Shown here: one piece after another, positions 1-9,249 of the stretch | Position numbering within the stretch: the stretch's first letter is position 1 | How the letters are laid out: each line of letters opens with the position of its first letter | Virus record (IMG/VR): IMGVR_UViG_3300033070_001154 | Location: 9,440 to 73,439 of that record | Direction: 5' to 3' (one strand) | Source of the DNA: a virus | Taxonomy: Duplodnaviria > Caudoviricetes | Length of the DNA: 64,000 nt | Translations under genes and position numbers: made by a program | The notes under the pieces: generated by a model | The model's input: the letters and a program-made list of their open reading frames with translations, nothing else | Database searches by the model: none | What the model was told of the DNA's origin: nothing

Positions 1-87
1 CACAAGGTCTTCATGCTCCAGACCCTGGACGTGATCGTGGCCCAGAGCGAGATCGGCCCCGGCGGCATCACCGTCACCGCCTCCTGA
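1..87 (+). CDS. Tail sheath protein, C-terminal fragment (partial)
   Basis: Frame 1 reads HKVFMLQTLDVIVAQSEIGPGGITVTAS-stop, directly upstream of the tube gene; sheath-tube order is standard in myoviruses. Confidence 0.5.
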   Translation, partial: HKVFMLQTLDVIVAQSEIGPGGITVTAS

Positions 88-111
88 TCGAAGAAGGAAG
101 GAACCAAGTAG

Positions 112-549
112 ATGCCCAGCCAGCGCCTGATCGGCCAGAACGTCTCGATCTTCATCATCCAGGACTCCGCCCCCCTGACGGAGGTGACCTGCATCAAGAG
201 CTTCAGCTTCACCTACGAGACGGAGATCAAGTCCGAGGGCTACCTCGGAGAGTTCACCGAGCGGAAGGACTCCGTCTTCAAGGGCGTGAAGATGGACATG
301 GAGATCCACACCAACAACCACAGCATCTTCAAGCTGATCAAGTCGGCTGTGGACAAGGCCAAGCGCCGCACGCCTGGCATCCGGATCAACATCAAGGCCA
401 CCATGACGTGGCCCAACGGGGACGTGGCACGGGTGACCTTCCCGGACGTCGAGTTCGGCGCCTTCCCCGTATCGGTCGGCGGGCGAGCGGAGTATGTCTC
501 CGTCAAGGTCGACGGCGCCTGTTCGGACGCTTCAGCCGTCCTGTCCTGA
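112..549 (+). CDS. Tail tube protein
   Basis: 145 aa, beta-rich; AAGGAAGGA RBS-like leader; lies between sheath end and chaperone/tape measure. Confidence 0.7.
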   Translation: MPSQRLIGQNVSIFIIQDSAPLTEVTCIKSFSFTYETEIKSEGYLGEFTERKDSVFKGVKMDMEIHTNNHSIFKLIKSAVDKAKRRTPGIRINIKATMTWPNGDVARVTFPDVEFGAFPVSVGGRAEYVSVKVDGACSDASAVLS

Positions 550-575
550 ACAACTGAGAGAGGGAGATCTAGATC

Positions 576-962
576 ATGAGCGAGAGTCTTCAGCCCAAGA
601 GCTACCGTGGCAACATCGAGATGGAGTTCACCTTCCCCAAGGGGCTCCAGGAGGACACGGGCATCCTGTCCATCACCATCCGGGAGCTGCCGGCCTCTTC
701 CGAGAGCCGCGCGCTCTCTCGTGCTGGCAACGACGGCGGGGTGCTGATGCAGGAGCTGGTGAAGGAGGGCCTCGTCCGCGCCACCCTGGTGGAGGATGGC
801 ACCATCGAGATCAGCACCGCTGACGACTCGGTCGACCGGGTGATGAACCAGCTGGGCCCCAAGGGCCGTGCCCTGGCCCTCCAGGCCTACGGACACGTCA
901 ACCAGCCCTCGAAGGACGACTCCTCCAGTTTTCTCAAGTCCGCGAGCGTGAAGGTCCGGTAG
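576..962 (+). CDS. Tail assembly chaperone
   Basis: 128 aa between tube and tape measure; GAGAGGGAG leader. Confidence 0.65.
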   Translation: MSESLQPKSYRGNIEMEFTFPKGLQEDTGILSITIRELPASSESRALSRAGNDGGVLMQELVKEGLVRATLVEDGTIEISTADDSVDRVMNQLGPKGRALALQAYGHVNQPSKDDSSSFLKSASVKVR

Positions 963-1165
963 CCTCGTTCGCGGCGGGGCTCTTCGCAGGCCGGACCGTC
1001 GGTGTAGCCGCGTACAAGGAGGCACTCTTTCAGCGTATTGCGGTCCTCTGTCGGTATGGACATGTCCCCATCAACGAGGCGATGTGCATGCCCAGAGGAG
1101 ATGCCGAGGCGCTGTCCAAGGCACTGGCTGAACTGATCACCGCAGAGAACCGATCGGAGCCTTGA
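929..1165 (+). CDS. Tail assembly chaperone extension (probable -1 frameshift product, lambda G/GT-like)
   Basis: Open -1 frame without a good start (..YKEALFQRIAVLCRYGHVPINEAMCMPRGDAEALSKALAELITAENRSEP-stop) fills the gap to the TMP ATG; TTTT run at 929-932. Confidence 0.55.
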   Translation, partial: FSQVREREGPVASFAAGLFAGRTVGVAAYKEALFQRIAVLCRYGHVPINEAMCMPRGDAEALSKALAELITAENRSEP

Positions 1166-1168
1166 AGG

Positions 1169-3202
1169 ATGTTCGAGCTCGCACAGGAACTGGCCTACTA
1201 CGCATCCTTCGTCGATAACGGAGCCACCTCCGGGATCGTCGGGCTGGGCCAGAAGCTCTGGTCGGTCTCGAATATCGCCAACGCTGCACAGGCTTCCCTC
1301 TCCGCCATCGTGGCCCCGCTCAACCAGATCGGGACCATGTGGTCGGAGAGGGAGCAGCAGATCAACAACGTCTCCCGTACCCTCAGGCAGTACGAGTACG
1401 TCGGGCAGTCCGTCTCCGCCATCAATGCGGAGATTGCACGTTCCATGCCCGGAGCCGATGCAGCCCAGAGGGCCACGGCCTTCACCGGGGTCTACAATCG
1501 CCAGTTCCAGGAGGCTCGTAACCTCTCCCGCGGAGTGATGCGGGAGATGAACCAGATGGCCGCTATCCTCCCTGGCGAGACCAACGACTACATGCAGGCA
1601 TTCTCGCAGAGCCTGCCATTCCTGTCACAGGCCAGGGGCATGACGCTCCAGCGGGCCGTCCGGCTCTCCAGCTACACCGCTGCGGGCGGTATCGCTGGAG
1701 GTGTGGACGCCGGACAGACCGCACGGGACATGATGCAGTTCCTGACCAACGGTCCGCACATGGTGGACCGCTCGTGGACGGAGGTCTGGTCACAGGTAGC
1801 CACCTTCCGCGGGAAGAAGGTCACAGCAGGGCAGATCAGGGCCATGACCCTGGATAAGAAGGTGGAGGTGATGGAGAACATCGCCAACGCCCTCCGACCT
1901 CAGATGGACGCCATGGGCGACTCCTACGAGGCCACCATGGGGACGTTCCGGTCCCTCAAGCACGAGATCTCACTGGCCGGCTCCGAGCCCCTCTTCGAGG
2001 CCTGGAAGCGGACCATGTCCGCTGTGAACATCCAGCTGGCCACCTTCGCCCCCAGAATCGGGGCGGTACTGTCCATCATCTCCACCAAGTTCGCAGGTGG
2101 TCTGGACTGGGTCACCACCAAGATCCAGGGGCTGGGAGCTGCATCCGCCCGAGCCGAGAACTGGCTGGTGCGCCACGCCTCCAGGATCGGGAACATGGCC
2201 AACACCGCTGCCGGGTTCGGACATGCAGCTGTCCACGGAGTCGGGGCAGGGTACGCCCATATGTGGGGCTACGTTGGCCGTGTCATGGGCCAGCACCAGA
2301 TCGGAGGGACAGAGGTACTACGGAACGCGCTACCGACCCTGATCCTGCGAATGCTTGGTGTGAGCTTTGGCCCCATCGGGTTCATCATCACTAGCCTGAT
2401 CACCAGGATGTTCCTGGGGGGCCAGGCGGGCGGGACCATTGTCGCGCTGATGACGGCTGTCTATGCCGTGATCGGTCCGCTGTTCCGCCTGGGGCTGACG
2501 CTCTACCGGGCCTACGACGCTGTCATGAACACCCTGGTGGTGCTGCTGGGGGCCGTGCTCCCGCCAACCATCACCGTGCTTGCTCTGGTGCTGGGGCTGC
2601 TGACGGAGGGACTCTCCGAGCTCGTCTTCATCGGAGTCAACCTTCTGATGGGGGCCCTGTCGATCCTGGCCCTCACGTTTGGCGCCACGGCGATCCTGGC
2701 CGTGACGGGCATCGACTTCTTCGTCCAGGCATTCCTCGGGATCGTCCGACTTCTGGGTGGAGTGTTCGGCAACGTCGCAGGCGAGTCCTTCGATGTCATC
2801 GACGCCTTCCGACAGATCGGGGACTTCCTCCACGAGCTCACCAGGACCCTTGGTGAGGACTCCAACTACCTGCTCCACGAGCTCGGGCTGCGCTCCGATG
2901 AGGAGTACGCGGCACAGCAGCTGTCCCTCGCATCCTCTACCAGGAGCGCCGGACACTGGCTGGACGAGTTCCGTGCATCCCTGCAACAGGCTCAGACGGA
3001 CCTGAATCGTCACGGGCGGAGGGATCGGCCCACGGTCCCGCATACCCACAACGACTTCCGGTTCAGTCGCTTCGACATCACCCAGAAGTTCGCTGAGGGC
3101 TTCGATCCCGACCGGGTGGCCACTGCCTTCGTCACGGACCTTCAGGCCATGGCGGAGACCCAGCTCTCCTCCGGGTTCCAGCCGGGCTTCAGTTCCACCT
3201 GA
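1169..3202 (+). CDS. Tape measure protein
   Basis: 677 aa, Ala/Gly-rich helical N-half and long hydrophobic stretch; canonical position after chaperones. Confidence 0.8.
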   Translation: MFELAQELAYYASFVDNGATSGIVGLGQKLWSVSNIANAAQASLSAIVAPLNQIGTMWSEREQQINNVSRTLRQYEYVGQSVSAINAEIARSMPGADAAQRATAFTGVYNRQFQEARNLSRGVMREMNQMAAILPGETNDYMQAFSQSLPFLSQARGMTLQRAVRLSSYTAAGGIAGGVDAGQTARDMMQFLTNGPHMVDRSWTEVWSQVATFRGKKVTAGQIRAMTLDKKVEVMENIANALRPQMDAMGDSYEATMGTFRSLKHEISLAGSEPLFEAWKRTMSAVNIQLATFAPRIGAVLSIISTKFAGGLDWVTTKIQGLGAASARAENWLVRHASRIGNMANTAAGFGHAAVHGVGAGYAHMWGYVGRVMGQHQIGGTEVLRNALPTLILRMLGVSFGPIGFIITSLITRMFLGGQAGGTIVALMTAVYAVIGPLFRLGLTLYRAYDAVMNTLVVLLGAVLPPTITVLALVLGLLTEGLSELVFIGVNLLMGALSILALTFGATAILAVTGIDFFVQAFLGIVRLLGGVFGNVAGESFDVIDAFRQIGDFLHELTRTLGEDSNYLLHELGLRSDEEYAAQQLSLASSTRSAGHWLDEFRASLQQAQTDLNRHGRRDRPTVPHTHNDFRFSRFDITQKFAEGFDPDRVATAFVTDLQAMAETQLSSGFQPGFSST

Positions 3203-3222
3203 CCTCGGGGTAGTCTCTCCCC

Positions 3223-4467
3223 GTGTCAGCCCCCATCCCGGAAGTACCAGCCCTAGTCATCCGGGAAACCACCGGACAGCGAAGGACCATCGCCCTCACC
3301 TCCCGAGGCCTGCCTCTCGGCCCCCTGGAGCTCGAAGGAGAGCAGAGGGTCAAGATCGTCAACCCCGCTGGCAACCCCGAGGGCTGGGGCAACGTCATGG
3401 GTCCCAAGGAAGGAGAGACCTCCATCTCCGGCTTCTGGAAGGACAAGTTCATCGGGGATACCTCCCGAGGTGGCAAGGCCTGCATCGAGGTGGAAGGCCC
3501 CTACGCCGCTAGAGCCGCCACCCTACACAGCACCAACTACAGCAACGAGGGCGGACGAGGCGGTACCCAGGTCACCTCCTGTGTGGATGCCACCAACCTC
3601 TTCGACTCCGTCCGCAGGGAGGGACAGCTCCTGGAAGTCACCTGGGGCTACATCATCCGCAGGGGCTACCTGACGAAGTTCAACCAGAAGTGGCACAACA
3701 TCCACGACTGCGAGTGGACTGCCAGGTTCCAGTGGGTCTCCCAGGCCAGAGCCAATGCCTCCCCCCTCTACGGCCCGCCGGCTGGGCAGCTGGAAGGCGG
3801 TAACGCTCTCCGGGAGCTGCTGCGAAGGTTCACCCGTATCCTGGATACGCCTGGACAGCTGGTGAACTCCGGGATGGAGGAGTTCCGCAACACGGTCAAC
3901 CGTCTCAACGACTTCTCCCGCTCCGTGGACGAGTCCGTAAGCGGCTTCTCCTCGTCCCTCGCCATCGGAGACGCAGGACAGACCGTGCAGAGCCTCTTCG
4001 GCTCTGCTGCTGCTGCTGCCGCACACGTCAAGGACGTGGCGGAGTCCAACGGCTGGCCCCTGCTCTTCTCCGATCCCCAGAGACTGTTGCCCTTCACCTC
4101 CCACATGGGGCCGCCCACGGACGAGGCTGGGGCAGATGCAGCGGCTCTTGCTGCTCTGGAGGCCATCGACCCCGAGAAGATCTTGCAGATGCAGATCTAC
4201 GTCAGGGAGACCATCACCGATGCCCAGAGGCTGAGGGACGAAGCGATCATCCGACAGAGGGCCCTGACCGACGGGCCCTCCCTGGTGATCGGTACCTACC
4301 GGGCGCGTGAAGGCGAGGACCTGAGGGACGTGTCCCTGCGGTACTACGGTACGCCATACCAGTGGCAGGCGCTGCTGACCTACAACGGGCTGACGGATAC
4401 CGAGCTCTACGCGGGACAGCTGGTGGCCATCCCCAATCTGGGAATCTCTCCCGAGGAAGGCGGCTGA
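3223..4467 (+). CDS. Tail tube initiator-like protein with C-terminal LysM domain
   Basis: C-terminus YRAREGEDLRDVSLRYYGTPYQWQALLTYNGL..LYAGQLVAIP is LysM-like; follows TMP as in contractile systems. Confidence 0.7.
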   Translation: MSAPIPEVPALVIRETTGQRRTIALTSRGLPLGPLELEGEQRVKIVNPAGNPEGWGNVMGPKEGETSISGFWKDKFIGDTSRGGKACIEVEGPYAARAATLHSTNYSNEGGRGGTQVTSCVDATNLFDSVRREGQLLEVTWGYIIRRGYLTKFNQKWHNIHDCEWTARFQWVSQARANASPLYGPPAGQLEGGNALRELLRRFTRILDTPGQLVNSGMEEFRNTVNRLNDFSRSVDESVSGFSSSLAIGDAGQTVQSLFGSAAAAAAHVKDVAESNGWPLLFSDPQRLLPFTSHMGPPTDEAGADAAALAALEAIDPEKILQMQIYVRETITDAQRLRDEAIIRQRALTDGPSLVIGTYRAREGEDLRDVSLRYYGTPYQWQALLTYNGLTDTELYAGQLVAIPNLGISPEEGG

Positions 4468-4470
4468 ACC

Positions 4471-6462
4471 ATGCCCATCCAGGACTCAGTCACCAGCTAC
4501 CCCAGCGTGGTAGTGCATCTCATTCTCAAGTTCGAGGAGAAGCTCACCGTCCGGGTCAACGAGGGCGGGGACAACTTCGTCAACGAGCCCCTGGTCACCA
4601 ACCCCGGCTCGGTCGGAGCGCAGGTGATGAACCGGGTGCCCCAGAAGTGTACCGTGGACTTCCAGGGACACACCCAGGCAGCAACCTTCAAGCTGGCTTT
4701 CGACTACCGAGAACTGCCCATCGACCCCAGGACCGTCTCAGCTGCTCGTATCGAGATCTACGCTGGTACCGTGTCAGCAGAGAACTTCGCGGATGGGATG
4801 AACAGGGAGGTCACCCCGGGTGTGCGCCGCTCCATCCTGGCCACCCGTACCCCCGAGGGTCGGACCATCGACAAGGACCTGCGACTGGTGGGCCTGGTCG
4901 ACAAGTGGACCGTGGACATGGGGGAAGAGGGCTCCGAGGTCCAGATGGAAGGCCGGGACCTTCGGGGGCTGCTGCTGGACTCCCCCCTGGTCACCCCCCG
5001 GGACATGCCCCGTCGAGGGGGCACTCCTCCGCGAGCTGCTCCAGCAGGCCGACAGCCCAGGAAGAAGAGGTCCAGCATCCTGGACCGGCTGGACTGTAGC
5101 CAGAACATCGCCGCCCTGGTCCTCCAGATCCTGGAGGAGCACGACCAGATCCGCAGGCTACCCTTCCCCATCGAGGTGAGCTGCCGGGCAGAGCAGTTTG
5201 ATGATGGGATCATCCCCTCGCCTGGGAACGCTTCCCATGTGCCCCGCCATCGGAGAGGTGCGGGCGGTCGCGGAGCCAGCCCGGGTGGCGGTGCGGACAA
5301 CATGAACTTCTGGGACCTGATCACCAGGTACTGCCAGATCGTGGGCTGTGTCCCGCGTTTCGTGGGCCGGAGACTGGTGATCAGCCCTGGAAAGGATCTG
5401 TTCCGTCAGCTGAACACCCAGCTCTCCGAGACGGCGTTCCTGGGCAACGCTGTACGGTCCAACAACGAGGTCACGGACACCTGGGGCATCCGAAGACTGG
5501 TCTACGGTCGCGACATCAAGACCATGAAGATCACCCGCAACTACGCGGGACACGCCAAGCCCAAGGCCGTCCGGGTCGTCACCTTCAACCGCTCCGCCAT
5601 TACCCGTGGGCGCCATGAAGAGCGGCACATGGAGGCCGTCTGGCCCCCGAGGAACGTCCGTGAAGGTCGGGCCGAAGGTCTCTCGACCGGACATGGCCGG
5701 GACATCCGAGACTCGCTCGGCGGCCAGGAGTCACAGGAGGTGCTGACGATCGTGGAGCCGCGCGCCACCACCATGGCCCAGCTGGTCTCCGTCGCACAGT
5801 CCATGTACGAGCAGATCGGACGAGGAGAGATCAAGGGCGATATCGAGGCGGCAGGCCTCACCTCCTTCGGCGGCAGCAACGCTGATCCCGACCTGATCAG
5901 GCTCCGGGTGGGCGACCCCGTGGAGGTGCTGGTGGATGCTTCGCACCTAGATAGTCGATCGCCCATCGTCTCGACCCTCAACAGGACGATGCAGCTGCCC
6001 TTCTCTGAGGCAGTAGCGGAGGTGCGACGGTACCTCCGGGATGAGAACCTCTCCAGGGCCATCGTGGCCTCAGCCAGGGGGAACGTCATGGGGGTGCTCA
6101 GATACTTCAGGGTGTCGGGCGTAACCCTGGACTTCAGTGGGGATACCATGACGGTGAAGATGGAGATCCAGAACTACTGGACGCCCCGCTGGGACTACGT
6201 CACCAACGTGGAGCAGCAGCACAACCGCCAGGTACGAAGCCATGCTGATGCCAGGCCCAGGACGGAGGAGGGTATCGCAGACCCAAGAGCAGCTCGTGTT
6301 GCGATCGAGCGCAGGCTCGACGACGCTGAGGCCGAGAACCGTAGCATCGGTGAGGCTCTCCAACGGTACGGTACACCTGCTCCGCGAACTGCTGGCGAGC
6401 ACGGGAGCTTCTCCGACTTCGTCGAGTCCGGAGCTGCATCACGCTGGAGGAACACCCGATGA
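4471..6462 (+). CDS. Baseplate hub protein (gp27/gpD-like)
   Basis: 663 aa between LysM protein and spike; EGRDLRGLLLD segment resembles hub proteins. Confidence 0.65.
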   Translation: MPIQDSVTSYPSVVVHLILKFEEKLTVRVNEGGDNFVNEPLVTNPGSVGAQVMNRVPQKCTVDFQGHTQAATFKLAFDYRELPIDPRTVSAARIEIYAGTVSAENFADGMNREVTPGVRRSILATRTPEGRTIDKDLRLVGLVDKWTVDMGEEGSEVQMEGRDLRGLLLDSPLVTPRDMPRRGGTPPRAAPAGRQPRKKRSSILDRLDCSQNIAALVLQILEEHDQIRRLPFPIEVSCRAEQFDDGIIPSPGNASHVPRHRRGAGGRGASPGGGADNMNFWDLITRYCQIVGCVPRFVGRRLVISPGKDLFRQLNTQLSETAFLGNAVRSNNEVTDTWGIRRLVYGRDIKTMKITRNYAGHAKPKAVRVVTFNRSAITRGRHEERHMEAVWPPRNVREGRAEGLSTGHGRDIRDSLGGQESQEVLTIVEPRATTMAQLVSVAQSMYEQIGRGEIKGDIEAAGLTSFGGSNADPDLIRLRVGDPVEVLVDASHLDSRSPIVSTLNRTMQLPFSEAVAEVRRYLRDENLSRAIVASARGNVMGVLRYFRVSGVTLDFSGDTMTVKMEIQNYWTPRWDYVTNVEQQHNRQVRSHADARPRTEEGIADPRAARVAIERRLDDAEAENRSIGEALQRYGTPAPRTAGEHGSFSDFVESGAASRWRNTR

Positions 6463-7085
6463 GCGGACGAGGTCTTACAGGCGGGCGGATGGCGGAGCTC
6501 CTCCGCCGGCCCAACATGGACACCCGCTTCCACCTCAAGCTGGCCGTGGTGGAGCGGGTCGTGGTCGACCCCCAGGAGGGCATCTTCGCAGACGTTACCC
6601 TCATCCCCAACGAGGAGCCTGAGACGGTCTTCGTGGGCGCCCCCTACGCCGGAGGCGGCTTCGGGTTCTACTTCCCACTGGAGGAGGGAGACACGGTGCT
6701 GATCGGCATCCCCGATGGCAACTGCGACATGGGGCCCATTCTCATCTCCAGGATGTGGGATGCAGGCGACCGACCCTTTGCAGAGATGAAAGGTGTCCCC
6801 TCGGACGAGCCAGAGCAGTTCGAGCCGTCCCCGGATGTGATCCTCCGGGCCAAGCCCGGAGCCAACACCAGGATCATCGTCTCCGCAGGTGCCAACGTCT
6901 CCATCACCGTGGAGGGTGCCGGAAGTGTGAACCTCCAAGTAGATGGGGGCAGCGTCCACCTGGGGATGAGCGAGCACACGGCGTTGCAGGGAGTGGTACA
7001 AGGGGAGGCCTACGACCCTTTCACGGGCCAGACGCAGACCGCTCTGGGCAACGCATCCTCCAAGGTCTTCGCAAGGAAGAGCTGA
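6459..7085 (+). CDS. Baseplate spike protein (gpV/gp5 OB-fold-like)
   Basis: PLEEGDTVLIGIPDG OB-fold-like motif, then short beta-repeat C-terminus; alternative start ATG 6489. Confidence 0.7.
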   Translation: MSGRGLTGGRMAELLRRPNMDTRFHLKLAVVERVVVDPQEGIFADVTLIPNEEPETVFVGAPYAGGGFGFYFPLEEGDTVLIGIPDGNCDMGPILISRMWDAGDRPFAEMKGVPSDEPEQFEPSPDVILRAKPGANTRIIVSAGANVSITVEGAGSVNLQVDGGSVHLGMSEHTALQGVVQGEAYDPFTGQTQTALGNASSKVFARKS

Positions 7086-7088
7086 CGT

Positions 7089-7322
7089 ATGATGAACGGT
7101 GACATCCTCGGAGCAGCTCTGATGTCCGCAGTCAACGATGCGATTGCCCTGCATCCCCAGGCAGGGGACGCACAGAGGGCCGAGATCTGGAAGAAGATCG
7201 GCAACGCCATCGTGACCCATGTCCGACTGGCCTCCGTCACGGTCACGGTGGCATCTGTCTCAGGCGTCACGCCCGGGGTGGGAATCTCCGGACCTGGTAC
7301 CGGAAGTGGAGCCATCACATGA
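7089..7322 (+). CDS. Small baseplate-associated protein
   Basis: 77 aa coupled between spike and wedge genes; Gly/Thr-rich C-terminus. Confidence 0.5.
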   Translation: MMNGDILGAALMSAVNDAIALHPQAGDAQRAEIWKKIGNAIVTHVRLASVTVTVASVSGVTPGVGISGPGTGSGAIT

Positions 7323-8089
7323 CCGAGCCTGGATGGGGCCTTGGATCCTGGGGCTACATGGACTGGGGTACCAACCCCAACCTGTTCATGGAGTCCGCCG
7401 TTGCCCTCAACACCCACGCCGTGGTGGTGACCTTCTCCCGAGGGGCGCGCTGCGCCTCTGCGACTACCACCGGGGACGCCCTCAACCCTTTGACCTGGAC
7501 GGCTTCACTGGTTACGACCGGGGCGGCGTACACCCCTGTCCTGGTGCAGAAGGTGACGGATCGGAGGGTGGTCATCACCTTCCGGGAGCCTCTGGCCAGC
7601 TGGAACTACTACCACCGGATCGGATCCACGACCCTCCAGGCGGATACCAGGGTCCTGATCTCGGCTCCGTACTCCGTGGACTTTCGAGGGGTGCTCCCGA
7701 CCACGGACATCAACGAGCCGACAGGGCCCTTCGACCTGTTCACCACGGACATCGTGGGCGGGTCGCTCAAGACCTCCGAGGCCGGAGGCTACGTCCGGGT
7801 CTACGGTGTGGACCTGCTGAGGAAGATGATCTTCCGGAGGCTCACCACCATGCCTGGTGGGTTCTTCCATATTCCTGAGGCGGAGTTCGGTCTGGATCTG
7901 AAGATCAAGGGAATCCTCAGAGTGAGTAGCCTGTCGGCTCTCCAGAGGAAGATCACGGACGAGATCCAGAGGGAGCCGGGGGTGGTACAGGCCAAGGTCG
8001 CCCTCGCCCTGCAATCCGGTGTACTGTCCATCGGAATCAAGGTCCAGACTGAGCTCGGCCCTGTCGAGACCACCATCACCGCGTCCTGA
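7319..8089 (+). CDS. Baseplate wedge protein (gp25/gpW-like C-terminal domain)
   Basis: C-terminal RRLTTMPGGFFHIPEAEFG..ITDEIQREPGV pattern typical of gp25-like proteins; precedes gpJ. Confidence 0.55.
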   Translation: MTEPGWGLGSWGYMDWGTNPNLFMESAVALNTHAVVVTFSRGARCASATTTGDALNPLTWTASLVTTGAAYTPVLVQKVTDRRVVITFREPLASWNYYHRIGSTTLQADTRVLISAPYSVDFRGVLPTTDINEPTGPFDLFTTDIVGGSLKTSEAGGYVRVYGVDLLRKMIFRRLTTMPGGFFHIPEAEFGLDLKIKGILRVSSLSALQRKITDEIQREPGVVQAKVALALQSGVLSIGIKVQTELGPVETTITAS

Positions 8090-8097
8090 GGAGCCTC

Positions 8098-9249
8098 GTG
8101 ACAGACCTACCGACGTTCAAGGACCTCCGCAGGATCGGACAGACCGAGGCTCTGGTCCGCAACCCTCGACTGTCCCTGGATGAGCTCAACCGGGTCGGCT
8201 CGGACCTGGACAACATCATCTCCGCAGGGGCCGCCATGGCCGACGAGGTGGTGGGACAGCTCGCTTCCCTCCGGGCTGACCTGTTCGTAGGGACAGCACG
8301 GGGAGCAGCTCTGGATCGGCTGATCACGGATCGCTACCCGGACCTGCTGAGGAAGCAGGCTGCACCCTCCTTCGGGTATGAGACCTTCTACTTCGGCCCT
8401 GCTGTGGTCTCTGCCTTCACCATCCCGGAGGGTGTGGTGCTCTCCACGGCGGACGGTGTCCAGTTCATCACTGCCACGTCCACCAGCGTTCCCATCGGGA
8501 CTACCAGCATACAGGTGCCCATCCGGTCGGTTCTGGCCGGAGCGAGCCAGAAGGCCACGGCGGGGAAGATCGTCAACCTGACGACCACCATCTCCGGGGC
8601 ACCTGCTGCCGGGATGACTGTGAGCAATGTCTCGGCCACCTTCGGAGGCGAGGATCGGGAGACGGACCTGGACTACGCGGTCCGGTATCGCCTTCACTAC
8701 CTGGCAGCCCGGAGGGCGACTCTCGGGGCCATCGAGCAGGCGCTGCTCTCCGTGGCTGGGATCGTCAAGGTCACCGTCTTCGAGAACCTCGATACCCTGG
8801 GACGGCCCATCGGGTACATCCAGGCTGTGGTCGCGGACAGCTACACCGAGCAGTTCGTCACGTCCTCGTCGGTCCCTGCGACCTATGCCTCCCAGCTGGC
8901 CAACCTCAGGACCCAGCTGGACCAGCTCCTCCGGGAGTGGAGGGCTGCCGGTGTAGGGGTCGTGGTGGTCTTCGCACAGGTGGTGATCCAGCCCATCCGG
9001 CTGTCACTATCGTATGTGGCAGGGGCCGATGAAGATGCGGTCAGGGCGCTGGTGATCACGTCCCTGGTGCAGATGGTGAACAATCTCCAGCCGGGAGCGA
9101 TCCTGACCACGGACTCCATCCGTGACGTGCTCCGGAGGACCTCAGGAATCTACTACACCGGGGGCGAGATCCTCTCGCCCATCGGCAACGTGGTCCCGCT
9201 GCCTGGGCAGGTGCTCAGGACATCCCCCACCTTCACCACCACGGTCTGA
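8098..9249 (+). CDS. Baseplate J-like wedge protein
   Basis: TARGAALD, IPEGVVLSTADG, GGEDRETDLDYAVR, RRATLGAIEQALLSVAGI are baseplate-J hallmarks. Confidence 0.85.
   Translation: MTDLPTFKDLRRIGQTEALVRNPRLSLDELNRVGSDLDNIISAGAAMADEVVGQLASLRADLFVGTARGAALDRLITDRYPDLLRKQAAPSFGYETFYFGPAVVSAFTIPEGVVLSTADGVQFITATSTSVPIGTTSIQVPIRSVLAGASQKATAGKIVNLTTTISGAPAAGMTVSNVSATFGGEDRETDLDYAVRYRLHYLAARRATLGAIEQALLSVAGIVKVTVFENLDTLGRPIGYIQAVVADSYTEQFVTSSSVPATYASQLANLRTQLDQLLREWRAAGVGVVVVFAQVVIQPIRLSLSYVAGADEDAVRALVITSLVQMVNNLQPGAILTTDSIRDVLRRTSGIYYTGGEILSPIGNVVPLPGQVLRTSPTFTTTV

Noticed and set aside
6491-6507. Hairpin GGCGGAG/CTCCGCC after the alternative spike start codon
   Set aside because: A 7-bp GC stem is expected by chance at this GC content; no other support
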